From positions 3,523,953-3,587,952 of the forward strand of contig NZ_JAPDNR010000001.1 of assembly GCF_025989125.1 (NCBI RefSeq): DNA of 64,000 nt. Reading direction: 5' to 3'. Positions 29,104 to 39,518 of this stretch are shown one piece after another. Under the pieces are notes generated by a model that was given only the letters and a program-made list of their open reading frames with translations, was not told the DNA's origin and ran no database searches. Numbering within the stretch: the stretch's first letter is position 1; every line of letters begins with the position of its first letter. This DNA is from Chitinophaga nivalis (GTDB lineage Bacteria > Bacteroidota > Bacteroidia > Chitinophagales > Chitinophagaceae). A program made the translations under genes and the position numbers.

Positions 29104-29985
29104 ATGGAAACCATTGGATTTATTGGAACCGGGCATCTCGGTTATCCTATTGCAGCTAACCTGATTGCTGCCGGTTACACCGTAAAAATTTACAACCGTA
29201 CGCGCGACAAGGCACTGCCGCTGGAAGCACAGGGCGCTATACTGGTGAATACGCCGGAAGAAACGGCCACACCGGGCGGCATTGTATTTTCACTGGTGTC
29301 TGATGACAAGGCGGTGGAAGCGGTGGCTACAGCAGCATTGTTGCAGGCATTAGGTAAAGATGGTATTCACGTGTCTATGAGCACCATTTCGCCGGATACG
29401 TCCCGGACACTGGCAGCGCAGCACCTGGAACAAGGAGTACATTATGTAACAGCCCCCATCTTTGCCCGGCCGGAAGCGGCAGCTGCTAAAGTAGGTACAG
29501 CGGTGATCTCCGGTCATGCAGCGGCCAAAGAGCGCATCAAACCGATGCTGTCTGCAGGTTTTGCCAAAAACATCTTCGACCTGGGTGAAGATGCAGGCAG
29601 TGCGAATGTATTAAAGCTGATGGGCAACTTCATGATTGCCGGCGCTATTGAAATGATGGCAGAAGCGTTTACGCTGGGAGAGAAAAATAATGTAGATCCG
29701 CGGCTGGCTTATGAGATGCTGACAACCACGTTGTTTGCAGCGCCTATTTTCCGGAATTATGGCGGTATTATCCTCGACCGGCAGTTTACAGAGAACCCGT
29801 CTTTCAGCGCAACACTGGGATTAAAGGATATGGACCTGGTATTACAAACCGGCCGGAAGTCACATACCCCGCTGCCATTGGCAAACCTGGTACAGTCCCG
29901 GTTAACAACGGTGATCGCTAAAGGATTGAAAGAGGCTGACTGGACGGCATTGTCTGGCGGAGCCAGAGAAGACGCAGGATTATAG
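29104..29985 (+). CDS. NAD(P)-dependent oxidoreductase, 3-hydroxyisobutyrate/6-phosphogluconate dehydrogenase-like
   Basis: The Rossmann motif is METIGFIGTGHLGYPIAANL, and a conserved catalytic-Lys region lies downstream (…LKLMGNFMIAGAIEMMAEAF…). Confidence 0.8.
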   Translation: METIGFIGTGHLGYPIAANLIAAGYTVKIYNRTRDKALPLEAQGAILVNTPEETATPGGIVFSLVSDDKAVEAVATAALLQALGKDGIHVSMSTISPDTSRTLAAQHLEQGVHYVTAPIFARPEAAAAKVGTAVISGHAAAKERIKPMLSAGFAKNIFDLGEDAGSANVLKLMGNFMIAGAIEMMAEAFTLGEKNNVDPRLAYEMLTTTLFAAPIFRNYGGIILDRQFTENPSFSATLGLKDMDLVLQTGRKSHTPLPLANLVQSRLTTVIAKGLKEADWTALSGGAREDAGL

Positions 29986-29990
29986 GAGCT

Positions 29991-30040
29991 GTTTCCCGGA
30001 TAGAGATCAGGTGCGCTGTACCCGCCTTTATCCGGGAAAC
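29991..30040. terminator. Hairpin between convergent genes (12-bp stem, 26-nt loop)
   Basis: GTTTCCCGGATA ... TATCCGGGAAAC are perfect reverse complements, between the plus-strand stop at 29985 and the minus-strand stop at 30042. There is no strong U-tract. Confidence 0.4.
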
Positions 30041-30041
30041 A

Positions 30042-30491
30042 TTAACCTTTATAGGCCGGCGCCAGACGCCGTGTCTTTCTTTCCCTGGCCGGTGGCAGGG
30101 AAGGGGCATCCGGTGTAGCAGCCGTTTCAGCAGGGGCGCTGGTATCGGCGTGCATGTGGGTGTATCCCCAATCCGCTATATGCTGCAGCAACGCCTCCAT
30201 CGAAAATCCCAGGGGCGTCAGCTCATATTCTACCCGTGGCGGCACTTCCGGATATATAATTCTTTTGATCAGGTTATCTTTCTCCAGTTCACGCAGCTGC
30301 AATACCAATACGCGCTCAGAGATACCGCTGATGCTTTTCTTTAATTCATTGTAACGTAGTTTGCCATCCAGCAAACGCCATAATATGGTGGGTTTCCAGC
30401 GCCCCCCTATCAGTTGCAGCGTATAGGCGGTACCGCAGTCGCCCCGCAGTTTTCGCTCATTGATGGCATTGGTGGAGTTCTCTTTTCGCAT
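30042..30491 (-). CDS. HxlR-family winged-helix transcriptional regulator
   Basis: CGTAYTLQLIGGRWKPTILWRLLDGKLRYNELKKSISGISERVLVLQLRELEKDNLIKR is the HxlR signature. Confidence 0.8.
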   Translation of the reverse strand: MRKENSTNAINERKLRGDCGTAYTLQLIGGRWKPTILWRLLDGKLRYNELKKSISGISERVLVLQLRELEKDNLIKRIIYPEVPPRVEYELTPLGFSMEALLQHIADWGYTHMHADTSAPAETAATPDAPSLPPARERKTRRLAPAYKG

Positions 30492-30608
30492 ACCCTCAGT
30501 TTTTACTTTGCTATGTAAAGATAGCGAATGCGTTGCTTTCTGTACCGCCTGTTTCCCGCAACATAAAGGGGGAAATAATTGTTCTAGGTAAAATTAAAGT
30601 TATCGGCT

Positions 30609-30998
30609 ATGAAAATTTTTGCATTACTGGGCCGTATTTTCTTCGCGCTCATCTTCGTGCTTTCCGGTTTTCATCATTTAACGGGCGATGGGGTGGCCTA
30701 TGCTGCCGCTGCCGGGGTGCCGTCTCCTGCATTCCTGGTGCCTTTTGCCGGGTTATTGTCCCTGGTGGGAGGGCTAAGTGTGCTGCTGGGATATAAAACG
30801 AAATGGGGGGCCTGGCTGCTGGTTATTTTCCTGGTGCCGGTCAGTTATTACCTGCATCCGTTTTGGACGGAGAAAGATCCGGGAGCTGCACAGATGCAGA
30901 TGGCAATGTTTATGAAAAATGTATCGATGCTGGGTGGCGCCTTATTGCTGACCTATTTCGGCGCTGGTCCCTACAGTATAGACAACAAAGGAAAATAA
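30609..30998 (+). CDS. DoxX-family membrane protein
   Basis: 129 aa with 4 TM segments, a typical DoxX partner of HxlR/MarR regulators. Confidence 0.8.
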   Translation: MKIFALLGRIFFALIFVLSGFHHLTGDGVAYAAAAGVPSPAFLVPFAGLLSLVGGLSVLLGYKTKWGAWLLVIFLVPVSYYLHPFWTEKDPGAAQMQMAMFMKNVSMLGGALLLTYFGAGPYSIDNKGK

Positions 30999-31003
30999 AG
31001 TAT

Positions 31004-31030
31004 AAGGCCCCCGCATCCTGCGAGGGCCTT
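31004..31030. terminator. Hairpin terminator between convergent DoxX and flotillin genes
   Basis: AAGGCCCCCGCA-TCC-TGCGAGGGCCTT forms a 12-bp stem with one mismatch, followed by TTT on the plus strand. Confidence 0.45.
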
Positions 31031-31051
31031 TGCACGCGTAACCATCAGCAG

Positions 31052-32950
31052 TTATGCTTCTTTTTTCTTCGCTAGTTCTTCCAGCATCTTTAAGCCCAGC
31101 AGCCCGCTGATAGGGCCGTTCGGGCCATCAGTTCCACCGCCGATCAGGATGTCCGGCATGATACGTACCTGCTGGGCGCCGATGGATTCCATGATTTTCA
31201 GTTGGGTGAAGTTGTTGCCACCCATTGCTTCCACGGCCAGTTTATACGACGCTGCACTGGATTCACCAATCGCCAGGATCTTTTCCGCTTCTGCCTTACC
31301 GGTGAGGGATATTTTTTCCGCATCTGCTTTGGCAATCCATTCGGTTTTTTCTGCTTCTGCTTTGGCCAGTAACCGTACCTTTTCTGCTTCACCACCTGCC
31401 AGCAATTTCATTCTTTCACTTTCTGCGTTGGCTTGTAACCGTACGCTGTTGGCATCACCGGTTGCTTTTTTAACTGCCGCATCGGCAATTCTCTCGGCAA
31501 TCAGTACACCTTGATCGGCTTTCACGATTTCCCGTTGCATTTCTGCAATAGCGGTTTCTTTTTCCAGCGTTTGCCGGGTTTCCTGCGCCAGCCTTTCGGT
31601 ATCGTAGGTGATCTTTTGCTCTTCCGCAATCTTACGGTCGGTGAGGGTTTTCATCAGACTGTCCGGCGGCACAATGTCCCCGATCAGGGTATCTACGCCA
31701 AATACATTGTACTGATCCAGTACGTGGCCGATGTGTTCCTTGGCAGAGTTCTGTCTTTCCTTACGGCTGGTCAGGAAGCTGATCACATCTGAGCCCTGGG
31801 CGGAGTTACGGAAATAGTTACCGATGGTAGGTTCCAGCACCTGCGTAACCAGGTTGCTCATGTTACCGAAACGCGCAATCACTTTGGGTGCTTCCGTGGT
31901 CGGGATGTGGATGATCTGGGCCACATCCAGGTTAAAGGTAAAACCGTCGCGGCTTCTCACGGTAATGGTCGACAGGTTTTTATCCAGCTGGTGGGCTTCA
32001 CTTCTGGCAGAGGCCCAGTTCAGTACCAGGTTGGTGGTAGGTACCAGTTCTACTTTCATGATATAGGGATTCACCGGATATTTACCTGGGCCTAATGGTT
32101 CTGCCCACACGCCCTTGGTGCCTTTGGCTACAATGTTACCATGTTTGAATTCTGCACCGCTGAGGTCTACGCCGTCGTTACCTACGAAGGAGATGACTAC
32201 GCCTACATGGCCGATGGCGATTTCGGTCATGCGTACCATTTCCAGTTTGGCAAACCAGGGGTTGATAAAGTAGGAGCCGGCCAGGATAACCTGTTCCTGC
32301 AAGCCTTTATAGCCGCCTTTCTGCAGGAAGGCATCCACATCCTGGAAGTTGTTGTGCTGATCAATGATTTTACCGGCAATGGAGCCGGCTTCGATGGCCT
32401 TACCTTCCAAAGTGGTAACAATACCTACTGCATTTTCCGGGATGGACAGCATGTCGGTAATTTCTATTTCAAACAGGAAGGTGTTGATACGATAAGACCC
32501 GGGCGTGATGATGCCTGTCTGCCGGCCTTTTCTGCCGCCATTTTGCAGGAATGCGGCCGCGTCCTGGAAGGAGTCGCAAGGTACTTTCCGGGCCAGGATG
32601 GCGCCGGTTTCCAGTTCCGCACCGTCTTTCGCCAGTACCAGTCCGATTTTACCGGTAGGGATGATGGTGAACGGCTGGAAGGTAATGCTGTATTGCCACA
32701 TCCATTTCCAGAAATAAACGCCTGGCGCCAGGGTCTGGCCCTGGAATCCGGCTTCTCCGCCGGTAGCAATGATACGGCCTTCCGGCAGTTCCTGTTTGCC
32801 CATCAGGACAAACTTTTTGGTAACCAGACCAATACGGTCTTCAGGAACAATGACTACGCCGAAGCATATACGAAGAATAACCTTGTACAGGACGAGGCAT
32901 AGCAGGGGCACGCCAATGAGCAATGCCCATCTTAAAACTGTGTTTTCCAT
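31052..32950 (-). CDS. SPFH/band-7 domain protein, flotillin-like (YqiK family)
   Basis: 632 aa. It has an N-terminal TM segment, an SPFH domain, and a long C-terminal coiled-coil rich in EA/AK repeats (KAEAEK...). Confidence 0.8.
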   Translation of the reverse strand: MENTVLRWALLIGVPLLCLVLYKVILRICFGVVIVPEDRIGLVTKKFVLMGKQELPEGRIIATGGEAGFQGQTLAPGVYFWKWMWQYSITFQPFTIIPTGKIGLVLAKDGAELETGAILARKVPCDSFQDAAAFLQNGGRKGRQTGIITPGSYRINTFLFEIEITDMLSIPENAVGIVTTLEGKAIEAGSIAGKIIDQHNNFQDVDAFLQKGGYKGLQEQVILAGSYFINPWFAKLEMVRMTEIAIGHVGVVISFVGNDGVDLSGAEFKHGNIVAKGTKGVWAEPLGPGKYPVNPYIMKVELVPTTNLVLNWASARSEAHQLDKNLSTITVRSRDGFTFNLDVAQIIHIPTTEAPKVIARFGNMSNLVTQVLEPTIGNYFRNSAQGSDVISFLTSRKERQNSAKEHIGHVLDQYNVFGVDTLIGDIVPPDSLMKTLTDRKIAEEQKITYDTERLAQETRQTLEKETAIAEMQREIVKADQGVLIAERIADAAVKKATGDANSVRLQANAESERMKLLAGGEAEKVRLLAKAEAEKTEWIAKADAEKISLTGKAEAEKILAIGESSAASYKLAVEAMGGNNFTQLKIMESIGAQQVRIMPDILIGGGTDGPNGPISGLLGLKMLEELAKKKEA

Positions 32951-33387
32951 TTGGGTGTTGTTGTTTATGTGAGTGGTTTAGGTGGCCGACAGCCAGGTAC
33001 AGGCACAGCAAGGCATGCTGATAAGTTCCGCGATGTCAGGCAAAAAGATTACATGTCTGTATTCAGGCAGTGGGGGGAGAAGTATTGTAGTTGGTAGCGA
33101 TAAAAGTAGTAAGTTGGTTGCCGGAGCAATGATCTGAGTCCATTTGATGTAATGAATTACGGTGTAAAAGTGATAATAATTTTTTATCTGTCAAAATATA
33201 TTTAGGAAGATAATTATACAGGAAAAGTTGCCGGCGTCATTTTGATTTTTGGAAAAACATGTTATATTGAGGCAGTTTTATCTGCATTTTTAGCGCTAAA
33301 TCGATTTAATTATGCTGTAATCAACCAAACAATCTTTATATTTGTCGAGGCTAAAACGATTTAGCGTAAGCACTTTTTAATCTATTT

Positions 33388-34266
33388 ATGAGAAGTTCCA
33401 TGGCATTAGGAATTGATATAGGAGGATCGCATATCACCGCGGCGCTGGTAGATCTGGAAACAAGAGCTATCAAAGAAGGTTCGTGGAACCGTAAACGTAT
33501 TAACTCGCAGGGGAGTGCTGCAGACATCATCGACGAATGGGCAGCTGTTATCAATGAGGTATTTGCCGCCACCAACACCGACTCCCGGTATATGGGCATC
33601 GGTATGCCCGGTCCCTTTGATTATGAGCAGGGTATCAGTCTCATGAAAGACCAGCACAAATATGATGCGTTATATGGCCTGAACGTAAAAGCGTTGCTGG
33701 CTGCCAAACTGGGTATGGATGCCACCCATATCCGCTTTATCAATGATGCAGGTTGTTTCCTGCAAGGGGAAACCTTCAGTGGCGCAGCGGCCGGCCGTCA
33801 GCATGTAATAGGCCTCACACTGGGTACCGGCCTGGGATCTGCCGTATATCACGGTGGGTTGGCCAAAGACGCAGACCTCTGGTGTACGCCTTTCCTGGAT
33901 GGCATGGCAGAAGATTATTTGTCTACCCGGTGGTTTGTGAAACGTTACCACGAAATCAGTGGTGAAACAGTAGCCGATGTAAAGGCGCTGGTAGAACGTA
34001 TAGCCGTTGACGATAGGGTTACAAAAATATTCCATGAATTCGCCGTGAATCTGGCTGCTTTCCTGGAAGATTTTGTAGCAGCGGAATCACCGGAAGTAGT
34101 AGTGCTGGGGGGCAACATTGCCAATGCAGCAGCACTGTTTCTGCCGGAAGTAACGGCACAACTGGCTGCTAAACAGATGCAGGTACCGGTAGTAACCGCC
34201 GTACTGGGCGAAAAAGCAGCCATACTGGGCGCTGCCAGCATCTGGCACGAACAGGAAGCTTATTAA
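33388..34266 (+). CDS. ROK-family sugar kinase (glucokinase / N-acetylglucosamine kinase-like)
   Basis: The N-terminal ATP motif is LGIDIGGSHITAALVD, and the protein has the ROK fold. Confidence 0.8.
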   Translation: MRSSMALGIDIGGSHITAALVDLETRAIKEGSWNRKRINSQGSAADIIDEWAAVINEVFAATNTDSRYMGIGMPGPFDYEQGISLMKDQHKYDALYGLNVKALLAAKLGMDATHIRFINDAGCFLQGETFSGAAAGRQHVIGLTLGTGLGSAVYHGGLAKDADLWCTPFLDGMAEDYLSTRWFVKRYHEISGETVADVKALVERIAVDDRVTKIFHEFAVNLAAFLEDFVAAESPEVVVLGGNIANAAALFLPEVTAQLAAKQMQVPVVTAVLGEKAAILGAASIWHEQEAY

Positions 34267-34294
34267 TTATCTTTTCAGCAGACGATAAAAAAAA

Positions 34295-34329
34295 GACAGC
34301 AGCGGTATCATATCGCTGCTGTCTTTTTT
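34295..34329. terminator. Bidirectional Rho-independent terminator
   Basis: AAAAAAAA-GACAGCAGCG-GTATCATAT-CGCTGCTGTC-TTTTTT, with A-tract and T-tract flanks, between the convergent ROK kinase and M90 peptidase genes. Confidence 0.65.
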
Positions 34330-34359
34330 AGTTATATTGTTGCCGGATGCATCGCTGTC

Positions 34360-35130
34360 TCATATCGGCTTTTGCCGGAATATCTTAGTGAGCATCTCAT
34401 ACAATTCCGGATGATTTTCTGCCAGCAGATCGGGCCGCTCAAAGAAGTATTCTGAGATGACGGCAAAGAACTCCGCCTGGCTGGTAGCCCCGTAGGGATT
34501 AATATCCGTATGTCCTTCATACATCTGCTGAATGGTTTTGTGTACGAGCTGCATCCATGGAATACTGTAACTGTGCTCCATCAGTTTGGTAGGCATACCG
34601 TCAATAACACCATCGGTTTTGTCCAGCAGGTGTACAAATTCATGAATGGCCGTATTGCTTTTATCGGTTACATTGGCAAAACCTTCCCGCAGTGCATTGC
34701 GGGAAAGAATCATCTGCCCGTGCAAAGCACCACTGCCTACCATCCCCAGGATGTTGCGCTGATTACCTTCAAACTGGTATGTTTCGTTGAACGTATCCGG
34801 ATACAGGATCACATTGGTGAGATTAAAGTACTCCCAGTCTTTGAATCCAAAGATGGGAATGATAGCACTGGCGGCTACCAATGTACGGTCCAGCGGTTCT
34901 ACCAGCGTACCTACGCCTTCAATATGTGTTCTTTTCAAAAAACGTTGTACCATTTGCTGAAAGCGCAGCTTGTCGGTATCGCTCAGCTGCTGGTAATAAC
35001 GTACATGTGTCTGCAACAGCTCCCGGTATTCTTCCGGCACAGCTGACCGCTTCAGCCGGCGGCGGATATACAGGTTTTTAAAATATAAAAACAGAATCAA
35101 TCCGATCGCTATCAATCCAAATAAAACCAT
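34360..35130 (-). CDS. Zinc-dependent peptidase, M90 (MtfA-like) family, N-terminally membrane-anchored
   Basis: The N-terminal TM helix is MVLFGLIAIGLILFLYF. The HExxH-like motif AIHEFVHLLD is typical of M90/MtfA. Confidence 0.7.
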   Translation of the reverse strand: MVLFGLIAIGLILFLYFKNLYIRRRLKRSAVPEEYRELLQTHVRYYQQLSDTDKLRFQQMVQRFLKRTHIEGVGTLVEPLDRTLVAASAIIPIFGFKDWEYFNLTNVILYPDTFNETYQFEGNQRNILGMVGSGALHGQMILSRNALREGFANVTDKSNTAIHEFVHLLDKTDGVIDGMPTKLMEHSYSIPWMQLVHKTIQQMYEGHTDINPYGATSQAEFFAVISEYFFERPDLLAENHPELYEMLTKIFRQKPI

Positions 35131-35141
35131 CTTACAAAAAA

Positions 35142-36761
35142 TTATTTCCGGTAAATTTTAAACTCTGAACCAGGTTTCCATTTGGGAAAACTTTGTTCAT
35201 TGCTTAACCGGTAGCCTACTTCAAATAATAAACGTACATCTTCTACCATACCATCCATCACCCAGGTAGCCGGATCGAATTCGTCTTTAGGGGAGTGGTA
35301 ACGTAAACGGTTATACGTGGCAATCTGTTCTTTTCCCCAGCCGGCAGCTTTACCGGTAACCTGGGTACCCGGGCCGATATACAGGCCAGGCACGCCTTTT
35401 TTGGCAAAGTTAAAATGGTCGGAGCGGAAGAACCAGCCACCTTCCGGATTGGCCTCCGGTACAACGATCCTGTTTTGTTTGGCCGCTGCCTGTTGCGCAT
35501 AGGCGTCCAGTTCAGACTGGCCATAGCCGATAACGGTAATGTCTTTGGTCCGGCCAAAAGTATTCATCACATCCAGGTTAATATCTGCTACCGTTTTTTC
35601 ATGACGGAATACCGGATGCGCAGCATAATATTCGGACCCCAGCAAGCCTTGTTCTTCCCCGGTGACAGAGAGGAACAGTACGGAACGGGCGGGCTTTTGC
35701 GGCAGCCGGGTGAAAGCAGTGGCCAGTTCCAGTAAACCGGCAGTGCCACTGGCATTGTCTACGGCGCCGTTGTAAATAGAGTCGCCATTAACGGGCTCGC
35801 CTATCCCAAAGTGATCCCAATGTGCTGAATATACAACGCATTCCTGCGGACGGAGTGCACCTGGTAAAATGGCCAGCACGTTGTGGGAGGTCGATTTTTT
35901 AATGGTATTGTTCAGCACCACGGAGGTTTGCAGGTGCAGGTCTACCGGCCGGAAACCTTTGGTCCGGGCCTTTTCCATGATGTCTGGCGACACCCCGGCC
36001 AGTTGAAAGATTTTGTTGGCCGCATCCCGGGTAATCCAGCCTTCCAGGGCGGTACGATGCTGGTTGTTGTCTGGTGTCTGCAGGTGCAGTTTGGAATTAG
36101 ACCAGCCGCTGCGTACTACTTTCCAGGGATAGCTGGCAGGCGCTGTTTCGTGGATGATGATCACGCCGGTAGCGCCCTGGCGGGAAGCTTCTTCAAATTT
36201 ATAGGTCCACCGGCCGTAATAGGTCATGGTGCGGCCTTTGAACAGGGTACTGTCGGAAAAACCAGGATCATTGATGAGTACCACCACCGTTTTACCTTTT
36301 ACATCCAGTCCGGCATAGTCGTTCCAGTTATATTCCGGCGCCACAATGCCGTAGCCGGCAAATACCAGTGGCGACTGATCAATGCGCACCTGTTCCTGTA
36401 CCCGGCGGGTCGCCGCTACAAAATCATCCAGGTATTGCAGCGATACTTCCCCGCCTGCACCTTTGATAACCAGGTTGCCGGCAGGCCGGGAACCGATGGA
36501 TACCATGGGTACCTGCTGAAAATAACTATTGCCGTTGCCGGGTTTTAATCCCAGTTGTTTAAACTGAGCAGCCAGGTATTGGATGGTGCTGTCTTCTCCT
36601 CTTGTAAAGGGTTTTCTGCCTTCAAAGGCATCAGACGCCAGCACCCGGATACGGGCGGCAAAGCTCTCCGCATGGATGGCTTTTATAGCCGTGGAGTCCT
36701 GGGCTTGTAATCCCTGCAGCAGGAGAGAGCCTAGAAAAGTGAGTATACTGATTCGTTTCAA
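35142..36761 (-). CDS. M28-family secreted aminopeptidase with a PA domain
   Basis: It has a signal peptide and M28 zinc ligands (…HWDHFG…, …DNASG…, …GEEQGLLGS…, …H…). Confidence 0.85.
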   Translation of the reverse strand: MKRISILTFLGSLLLQGLQAQDSTAIKAIHAESFAARIRVLASDAFEGRKPFTRGEDSTIQYLAAQFKQLGLKPGNGNSYFQQVPMVSIGSRPAGNLVIKGAGGEVSLQYLDDFVAATRRVQEQVRIDQSPLVFAGYGIVAPEYNWNDYAGLDVKGKTVVVLINDPGFSDSTLFKGRTMTYYGRWTYKFEEASRQGATGVIIIHETAPASYPWKVVRSGWSNSKLHLQTPDNNQHRTALEGWITRDAANKIFQLAGVSPDIMEKARTKGFRPVDLHLQTSVVLNNTIKKSTSHNVLAILPGALRPQECVVYSAHWDHFGIGEPVNGDSIYNGAVDNASGTAGLLELATAFTRLPQKPARSVLFLSVTGEEQGLLGSEYYAAHPVFRHEKTVADINLDVMNTFGRTKDITVIGYGQSELDAYAQQAAAKQNRIVVPEANPEGGWFFRSDHFNFAKKGVPGLYIGPGTQVTGKAAGWGKEQIATYNRLRYHSPKDEFDPATWVMDGMVEDVRLLFEVGYRLSNEQSFPKWKPGSEFKIYRK

Positions 36762-36983
36762 TTTGACTTAGGTTTAGATTCAAACTAAAATTACAGAAAG
36801 AATTAAGAATTCCACGGGATAAAGCCGGCGTACCTGCTACCGGCACTTATTGCTTAATTATTAATACACCTGGACCCCAAAAAGGGTACCTATAGGTTAA
36901 AATCCGTGCATAATTGATTAATTCCAGTAGCATGGCATAGGGGAGGGCCGCCTATTTTTGTTGACATAAAAACAGAGAGGAAA

Positions 36984-37907
36984 ATGGTACAATTCAGCTG
37001 GCAAGGCGTATTTCCCGCATTGCTGACGCCTTTTACAGGCGATGATCATATTGATTATGATATGTTTGACAGGAACCTGGCTGCACAGGTATCCGCTGGT
37101 GCAAGTGGTATTATCCTGGGCGGTACGCTGGGAGAAGCCAGCAGTTTGTTAAATGAAGAAAAGTACGCGCTGGTAAGACATAGTGTGGCCCGCCTGGAAG
37201 GTAAGCTGCCGGTGATCATGAACATTGCGGAACAAACTACTGCCGCGGCCATCGCCAACGCTAAAGAAGCGGAGAAAGCCGGTGCTTCCGGTCTGATGTT
37301 ATTACCCCCCATGCGCTATAAGGCAGATGATGCCGAAACCGTTGCCTATTTTCTGGCTGTAGCCAATAATACTTCCCTGCCGATAATGATCTACAATAAT
37401 CCGGTAGACTATAAAATACTGGTGACCCTCGATATGTTCGAAGCACTGGCAGCAGCGCCGAATATACAGGCAGTGAAAGAATCCACCCGCGATATTACCA
37501 ACGTTACCCGTATGATTAACCGCTTCGGGGATCGCTTCCATATTTTAACCGGCGTAGATACGCTGGCGTTGGAAAGCCTGCTGATGGGCGCCCAGGGTTG
37601 GGTAGCTGGTCTGGTAGATGCTTTCCCCCGCGAAACAGTAGCTATTTTCCGGTTGGCCAAAGCGGGCCGTGTTGCGGAAGCAGTAGCCATCTACCGTTGG
37701 TTTATGCCATTACTCGAACTGGATATCGACGCTAAACTGGTACAGTATATCAAACTGGCTGCTACCGCTACCGGTATCGGCAGTGCTACGGTGAGAGCAC
37801 CTCGTCTGGAACTGGCAGGAGCAGAACTGGACAGGGTAACTAAAATCATACAGGATGCACTGGCTAAACGCCCGGCATTACCCGAATACTTAAATCTGCC
37901 AGGATGA
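36984..37907 (+). CDS. Dihydrodipicolinate synthase-family lyase, probable 1-pyrroline-4-hydroxy-2-carboxylate deaminase
   Basis: DHDPS/NAL fold (GVFPALLTPF, GASGIILGGTLGEASSL, the Lys-containing IMIYNNP region). Its neighbours are an ALDH, a 4-Hyp epimerase and an FAD D-amino-acid oxidase-type enzyme. Confidence 0.75.
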   Translation: MVQFSWQGVFPALLTPFTGDDHIDYDMFDRNLAAQVSAGASGIILGGTLGEASSLLNEEKYALVRHSVARLEGKLPVIMNIAEQTTAAAIANAKEAEKAGASGLMLLPPMRYKADDAETVAYFLAVANNTSLPIMIYNNPVDYKILVTLDMFEALAAAPNIQAVKESTRDITNVTRMINRFGDRFHILTGVDTLALESLLMGAQGWVAGLVDAFPRETVAIFRLAKAGRVAEAVAIYRWFMPLLELDIDAKLVQYIKLAATATGIGSATVRAPRLELAGAELDRVTKIIQDALAKRPALPEYLNLPG

Positions 37908-39493
37908 AAATAACAGGAGAAAATATTATAGGTTATACTACCTCCGCTACGGGGCTGGAAGTATTACGTGCATACGATCCCGTGAGTAATACCCAGCTGG
38001 CGGAAACATTTACCATTGCAACCGCCACGGAAGTAAACAGGGCGGTGGAAAAAGCGGCTACCGCTTTCCGCACCTACCGGCATACCACGCCGGCAGACCG
38101 GGCCACCTTTCTGGAAGCTATTGCAACGGAGATCATGAATATGGGGGATCTGCTGCCAGCGAGAGCGGTAGCTGAATCCGGCCTGCCGCTGGCACGTATT
38201 ACCGGCGAACGTGGTCGTACTATCGCTCAGTTGCAGCTGTTTGCCACCGTGCTGCGCGAAGGTTCGTGGGTGCAGGCGGTTATCGATCCGGCGCAGGCAA
38301 CAACACCTGTGCCCAAAGCAGATATCCGTAAAATGCTGGTGCCCCTGGGGCCCGTACTGGTATTCCCGGCCAGCAATTTCCCGCTCGCCTTCTCTACCGC
38401 AGGTGGAGATACCGCCGCTGCCCTGGCAGCCGGCAACCCGGTGATTGTAAAGGCGCACGCCTCTCACCTGGGTACCAACGAACTCATTGCCCGAGCCATA
38501 CAAAAAGCCGCGCAGCAGTGCGGTATGCCGGATGGTGTGTTTTCCAGTCTGACAGGTTCCGGTGCCGCACTGGGCCAGCAGCTGGTGAAACACCCCGGTA
38601 TTAAAGCCATTGGCTTTACCGGCTCCTATAAAGCCGGTATGGCCATTTTCGATGCCGTGAACCAACGTCCGGAGCCTGTTCCCGTGTATGCGGAAATGGG
38701 GAGCATCAATCCGGTGCTGCTGTTGCCAGGTAAGCTGGCGGCCGAAGCCACAACGGTGGCGCAGCAATATGCGGCGTCCATTACCCAGGGAGTAGGTCAG
38801 TTTTGTACCAGTCCCGGACTATTGCTGGCGCTGGAAGGTCCTGGCACCGAAGCATTTGCCGATAGACTGCAACAAGAACTGGCAACAGTGCCGGCAGCTA
38901 CCATGCTGAATCAGGGCATCTGTTATCACTATTACGAAAACCGGGAACAGCTGGCCCGCGGAGAAGGGGTAGAAACCCTGTTCGCCGGTGATTCAGGACT
39001 GGAGGCTACCAAAGGTTCACCGGCCTTGTACCGTGTCAGCGGCAGCCGGTTCTTGCAACAGGCAGCCTTGCAACAGGAAGTATTCGGCCCTGCCTCCTTA
39101 TTGGTGGTATGTAAGGATACAGCAGAACTGGTGGAGGTACTGACCTCCTTGCACGGCCAGCTCACAGGCTCGGTGATGGGATTGCAGGAAGACCTGGATA
39201 CCTACAGCCAGTTGATACCGCTGCTGGCGGAAAAAGCCGGCAGAATCATTTTCAACCAGGTGCCTACCGGGGTGGAAGTAGGCTATGCCATGCATCATGG
39301 CGGCCCATTCCCGGCAACAACCGATATCCGCAGCACCTCCGTAGGGGCGTCGGCGATAGATCGTTTTGCCAGACCCCTGTGTTTCCAGAACTGGCCGCAG
39401 AACCTGTTGCCGGATGCATTGAAAGATCACAACCCTTTAGGTATCTGGCGGCGTATTAAAGGAACACTTACTCAGGACGCAGTTCATCCATAA
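37904..39493 (+). CDS. Aldehyde dehydrogenase, probable alpha-ketoglutarate semialdehyde dehydrogenase
   Basis: 529 aa of the ALDH superfamily (GNPVIVKAHASH...; the catalytic Cys region FCTSPGLLL). Its start overlaps the upstream stop in an ATGA arrangement. Confidence 0.8.
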   Translation: MKITGENIIGYTTSATGLEVLRAYDPVSNTQLAETFTIATATEVNRAVEKAATAFRTYRHTTPADRATFLEAIATEIMNMGDLLPARAVAESGLPLARITGERGRTIAQLQLFATVLREGSWVQAVIDPAQATTPVPKADIRKMLVPLGPVLVFPASNFPLAFSTAGGDTAAALAAGNPVIVKAHASHLGTNELIARAIQKAAQQCGMPDGVFSSLTGSGAALGQQLVKHPGIKAIGFTGSYKAGMAIFDAVNQRPEPVPVYAEMGSINPVLLLPGKLAAEATTVAQQYAASITQGVGQFCTSPGLLLALEGPGTEAFADRLQQELATVPAATMLNQGICYHYYENREQLARGEGVETLFAGDSGLEATKGSPALYRVSGSRFLQQAALQQEVFGPASLLVVCKDTAELVEVLTSLHGQLTGSVMGLQEDLDTYSQLIPLLAEKAGRIIFNQVPTGVEVGYAMHHGGPFPATTDIRSTSVGASAIDRFARPLCFQNWPQNLLPDALKDHNPLGIWRRIKGTLTQDAVHP

Positions 39494-39518
39494 GGTTTTA
39501 CTATTTATTTTTTAGCAG

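Noticed and set aside
32141-32902. 253-aa plus-strand ORF antisense to the flotillin-like gene
   Set aside because: It overlaps the SPFH domain coding frame entirely and has no recognisable domain. It is a shadow ORF.
34510-36548. Plus-strand ORFs of 178 and 221 aa inside the M90 and M28 peptidase genes
   Set aside because: These are shadow ORFs opposite convincingly annotated peptidase frames.
37964-38767. 267-aa minus-strand ORF antisense to the aldehyde dehydrogenase gene
   Set aside because: The ALDH frame carries complete catalytic motifs. The antisense ORF is Arg/Gly/Cys-rich, which is typical of a GC-rich shadow frame.
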